From the NCBI RefSeq assembly GCF_964194155.1, contig NC_135901.1:6200001-6264000 (forward strand): a stretch of 64,000 nucleotides of DNA. Direction: 5' to 3'. How positions within the stretch are numbered: position 1 is the stretch's first letter; each line of letters opens with the position of its first letter. The DNA is from Cetorhinus maximus (lineage: Eukaryota). Shown here in pieces: positions 62,222 through 64,000 of the stretch. The translations under genes and the position numbers were made by a program. The notes under the pieces were generated by a model. The model was not told the DNA's origin. It ran no database searches and saw only the letters and a list, made by a program, of their open reading frames with translations.

Positions 62222-63506
62222 ATGGAGAAACCATGGAAATGTGGGGACTGTGGTAAAGGATTCAATTATCCATCCCGGCTGGAATACCATCAACGCAGTC
62301 ACATTGGGGCCAACACCATGGAGAAACCATGGAACACCATGGAAATGTGAGGACTGTGGTAAAGGATTTTATTATCCATGCCTGCTGGAAATCGATCGAT
62401 GCAGTCACACTGGGGAGAAGCCGTTCATCTGCTCTGAGTGTGGGAGGGGATTTACTAAGACAGCCTGCCTCATGTCACACCAGCGAATTCACAGTGAAGA
62501 GAGGCCATTCAGATGCTCTTCCTGTGGAAAGAGGTTCAGGCAGTCATCGACCCTCACTGCACACCAGAGAATTCATACTGGGGAGAAGCCATTCACCTGC
62601 TCCAATTGCGGGAACGGATTTACTCAGTCATCCAGTCTGCTGAAACACCAGCGAGTTCATACTGAGAAGAGGCCATTCAGCGGCATGTCCAGTAGAAAGA
62701 GGTTCAGGTCTTCATCTAACCTCATTGCACACCAGCAAGACCACACTAAGGAGAGGCCGTTCACTTGCTCCTTGTGTGGCAAAGGATTCACTCAGTCAGC
62801 AAGCCTTATGTTACACCAGCGAATTCACACTGAGGAAAGGCCGTTCAGTTGTATTTACTGTGGAAAGAGGTTCAGGTCCTCATCCAACCTCAATGCACAC
62901 AAGCGTGTTCACACTGGTGAGAGACCATTCACGTGTGCTATGTGTGGGATAGGATTCACCCAATCAGCCAACCTGGTGGTACACCAGCGAGTTCACACTG
63001 AGGAGAAGCCATTCAGCTGCACTTACTGTGGAAAGCATTTTGGGCAGTTATCCACCCTCACTGCACACCAACGCACTTACACTGGGGAGAGACCATTCAC
63101 CTGCTCAGTGTGTGGGAAGGGATTTACTCAGTCAGTCAGCCTCATGTTACACCAGCGAATTCACACTGGGGAGAGGCCATTCAGCTGTACTTCCTGTGGA
63201 AAAAGTTTCAGGCAGTCATCCGACCTCACTGCACACCAACGTGTTCACACTGGGGAGAAGCCATTCATCTGCTCTGTATGTGGGAAAGGATTCACTCATT
63301 CATCTGGCCTTTGGTCACACCAGCGAATTCACACAGAAAATAAGCCGTACAGCTGTATTGTTTGTGAAAAGCGGTTCAGGTCTTCATCTGATCTTAATGT
63401 GCACAAGCGAGTTCACACTGGGGAGAGGCCATTCACCTGCTCCTTGTGTGGGAAGGGATTTACTCGGTCATCCAATCTTCTGACACACCAGCGAGTTCAT
63501 AAGTGA
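62222..63506 (+). CDS. ZNF-D: KRAB-less C2H2 zinc-finger gene (11 intact fingers in the main frame); 5' part frameshifted
   Basis: Acceptor TTTTGCAG| at 61857. The MEKPWK start at 62222 is cut off from the main array by a 10-bp duplication (ACCATGGAAC/ACCATGGAAA, ~62326-62345). The long finger ORF runs to TGA 63506. Confidence 0.75.
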
Positions 63507-64000
63507 CTGCAGGGGTTGGATTCTGCTGTTGTTGCTGCTGTGAATCACATCCAGGATTGATTGTCTGTCAATATTTAGTTTGTTTCTGTTGATGTTAGCA
63601 ACATTGTAACTGGCTGGAGTTTAATATTCTGAAGGTGTTGCTGCCTTTTGGGATTGCAATGTCCCTTTTTAAAAGCACCATCTGTGATATTTCCCCTTGA
63701 TTCAAGAACTCTTACCAGGAACTAGGTGATAATAAAGTTATGAACTTTTATTTCAATCCTAAATTGATCTTTGGTGCAAAATCTACGATTCTGTGTCTGA
63801 AAGGTTCCTGATTAACATCTCCAATTAGAAAATGCTGATTATCCTTGCTGACAATTCTGACTGACTTACAGATTCTTCAGATTGACACCTCCTTTATGAA
63901 ATTAAATTATCAAGGAACATGAAACAAAGAAGTAAAATATTTTACAGGCACATCAATAAAAGCTTCATCAAACAACATCGATATTGATGAAGTTTGGAAG

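Noticed and set aside
63504-63620. Selenocysteine recoding of the ZNF UGA
   Set aside because: No convincing SECIS (AUGA..AA..GA kink-turn) was seen, and the stop-less paralog has Ser rather than Cys at that position. Readthrough or a relic tail is more plausible.

Overview
Eukaryotic, repeat-rich vertebrate DNA, most likely a cartilaginous fish (shark-type CR1 LINEs, a Deu-domain SINE, Penelope elements, KRAB-less C2H2 zinc-finger genes), with a 200-N assembly gap at 34698-34897. From left to right: (1) an internally deleted Gypsy LTR element (14-2682); (2) five exons of a dopamine D2-family receptor gene (5668-10699, +) carrying inactivating lesions, probably a drd2/drd2-like pseudogene; (3) a single-coding-exon immunity-related GTPase (IRG) gene with a degenerate G3 motif (20077-21246); (4) an orphan cell-cycle-type CpG promoter (~30.9 kb); (5) four C2H2 zinc-finger genes (here ZNF-A to ZNF-D) in two duplicated head-to-head pairs (40-46 kb and 54.5-63.6 kb). 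The most interesting signal is in the ZNF family. The sequence after the UGA-CUG stop is conserved like coding sequence (consensus LQGLDSAVIAAVNHIQD then a second TGA), has only frame-preserving indels, and one paralog has lost the first stop. This suggests programmed stop-codon readthrough or an on/off C-terminal effector peptide. Also notable: a Penelope hairpin that captured 65 bp of the neighbouring ZNF exon, an exon4-exon5 fusion relic in the DRD2-like gene, an interstitial telomere-like tract inside a CR1, and several minisatellites. All calls come from reading the sequence; no searches were run.
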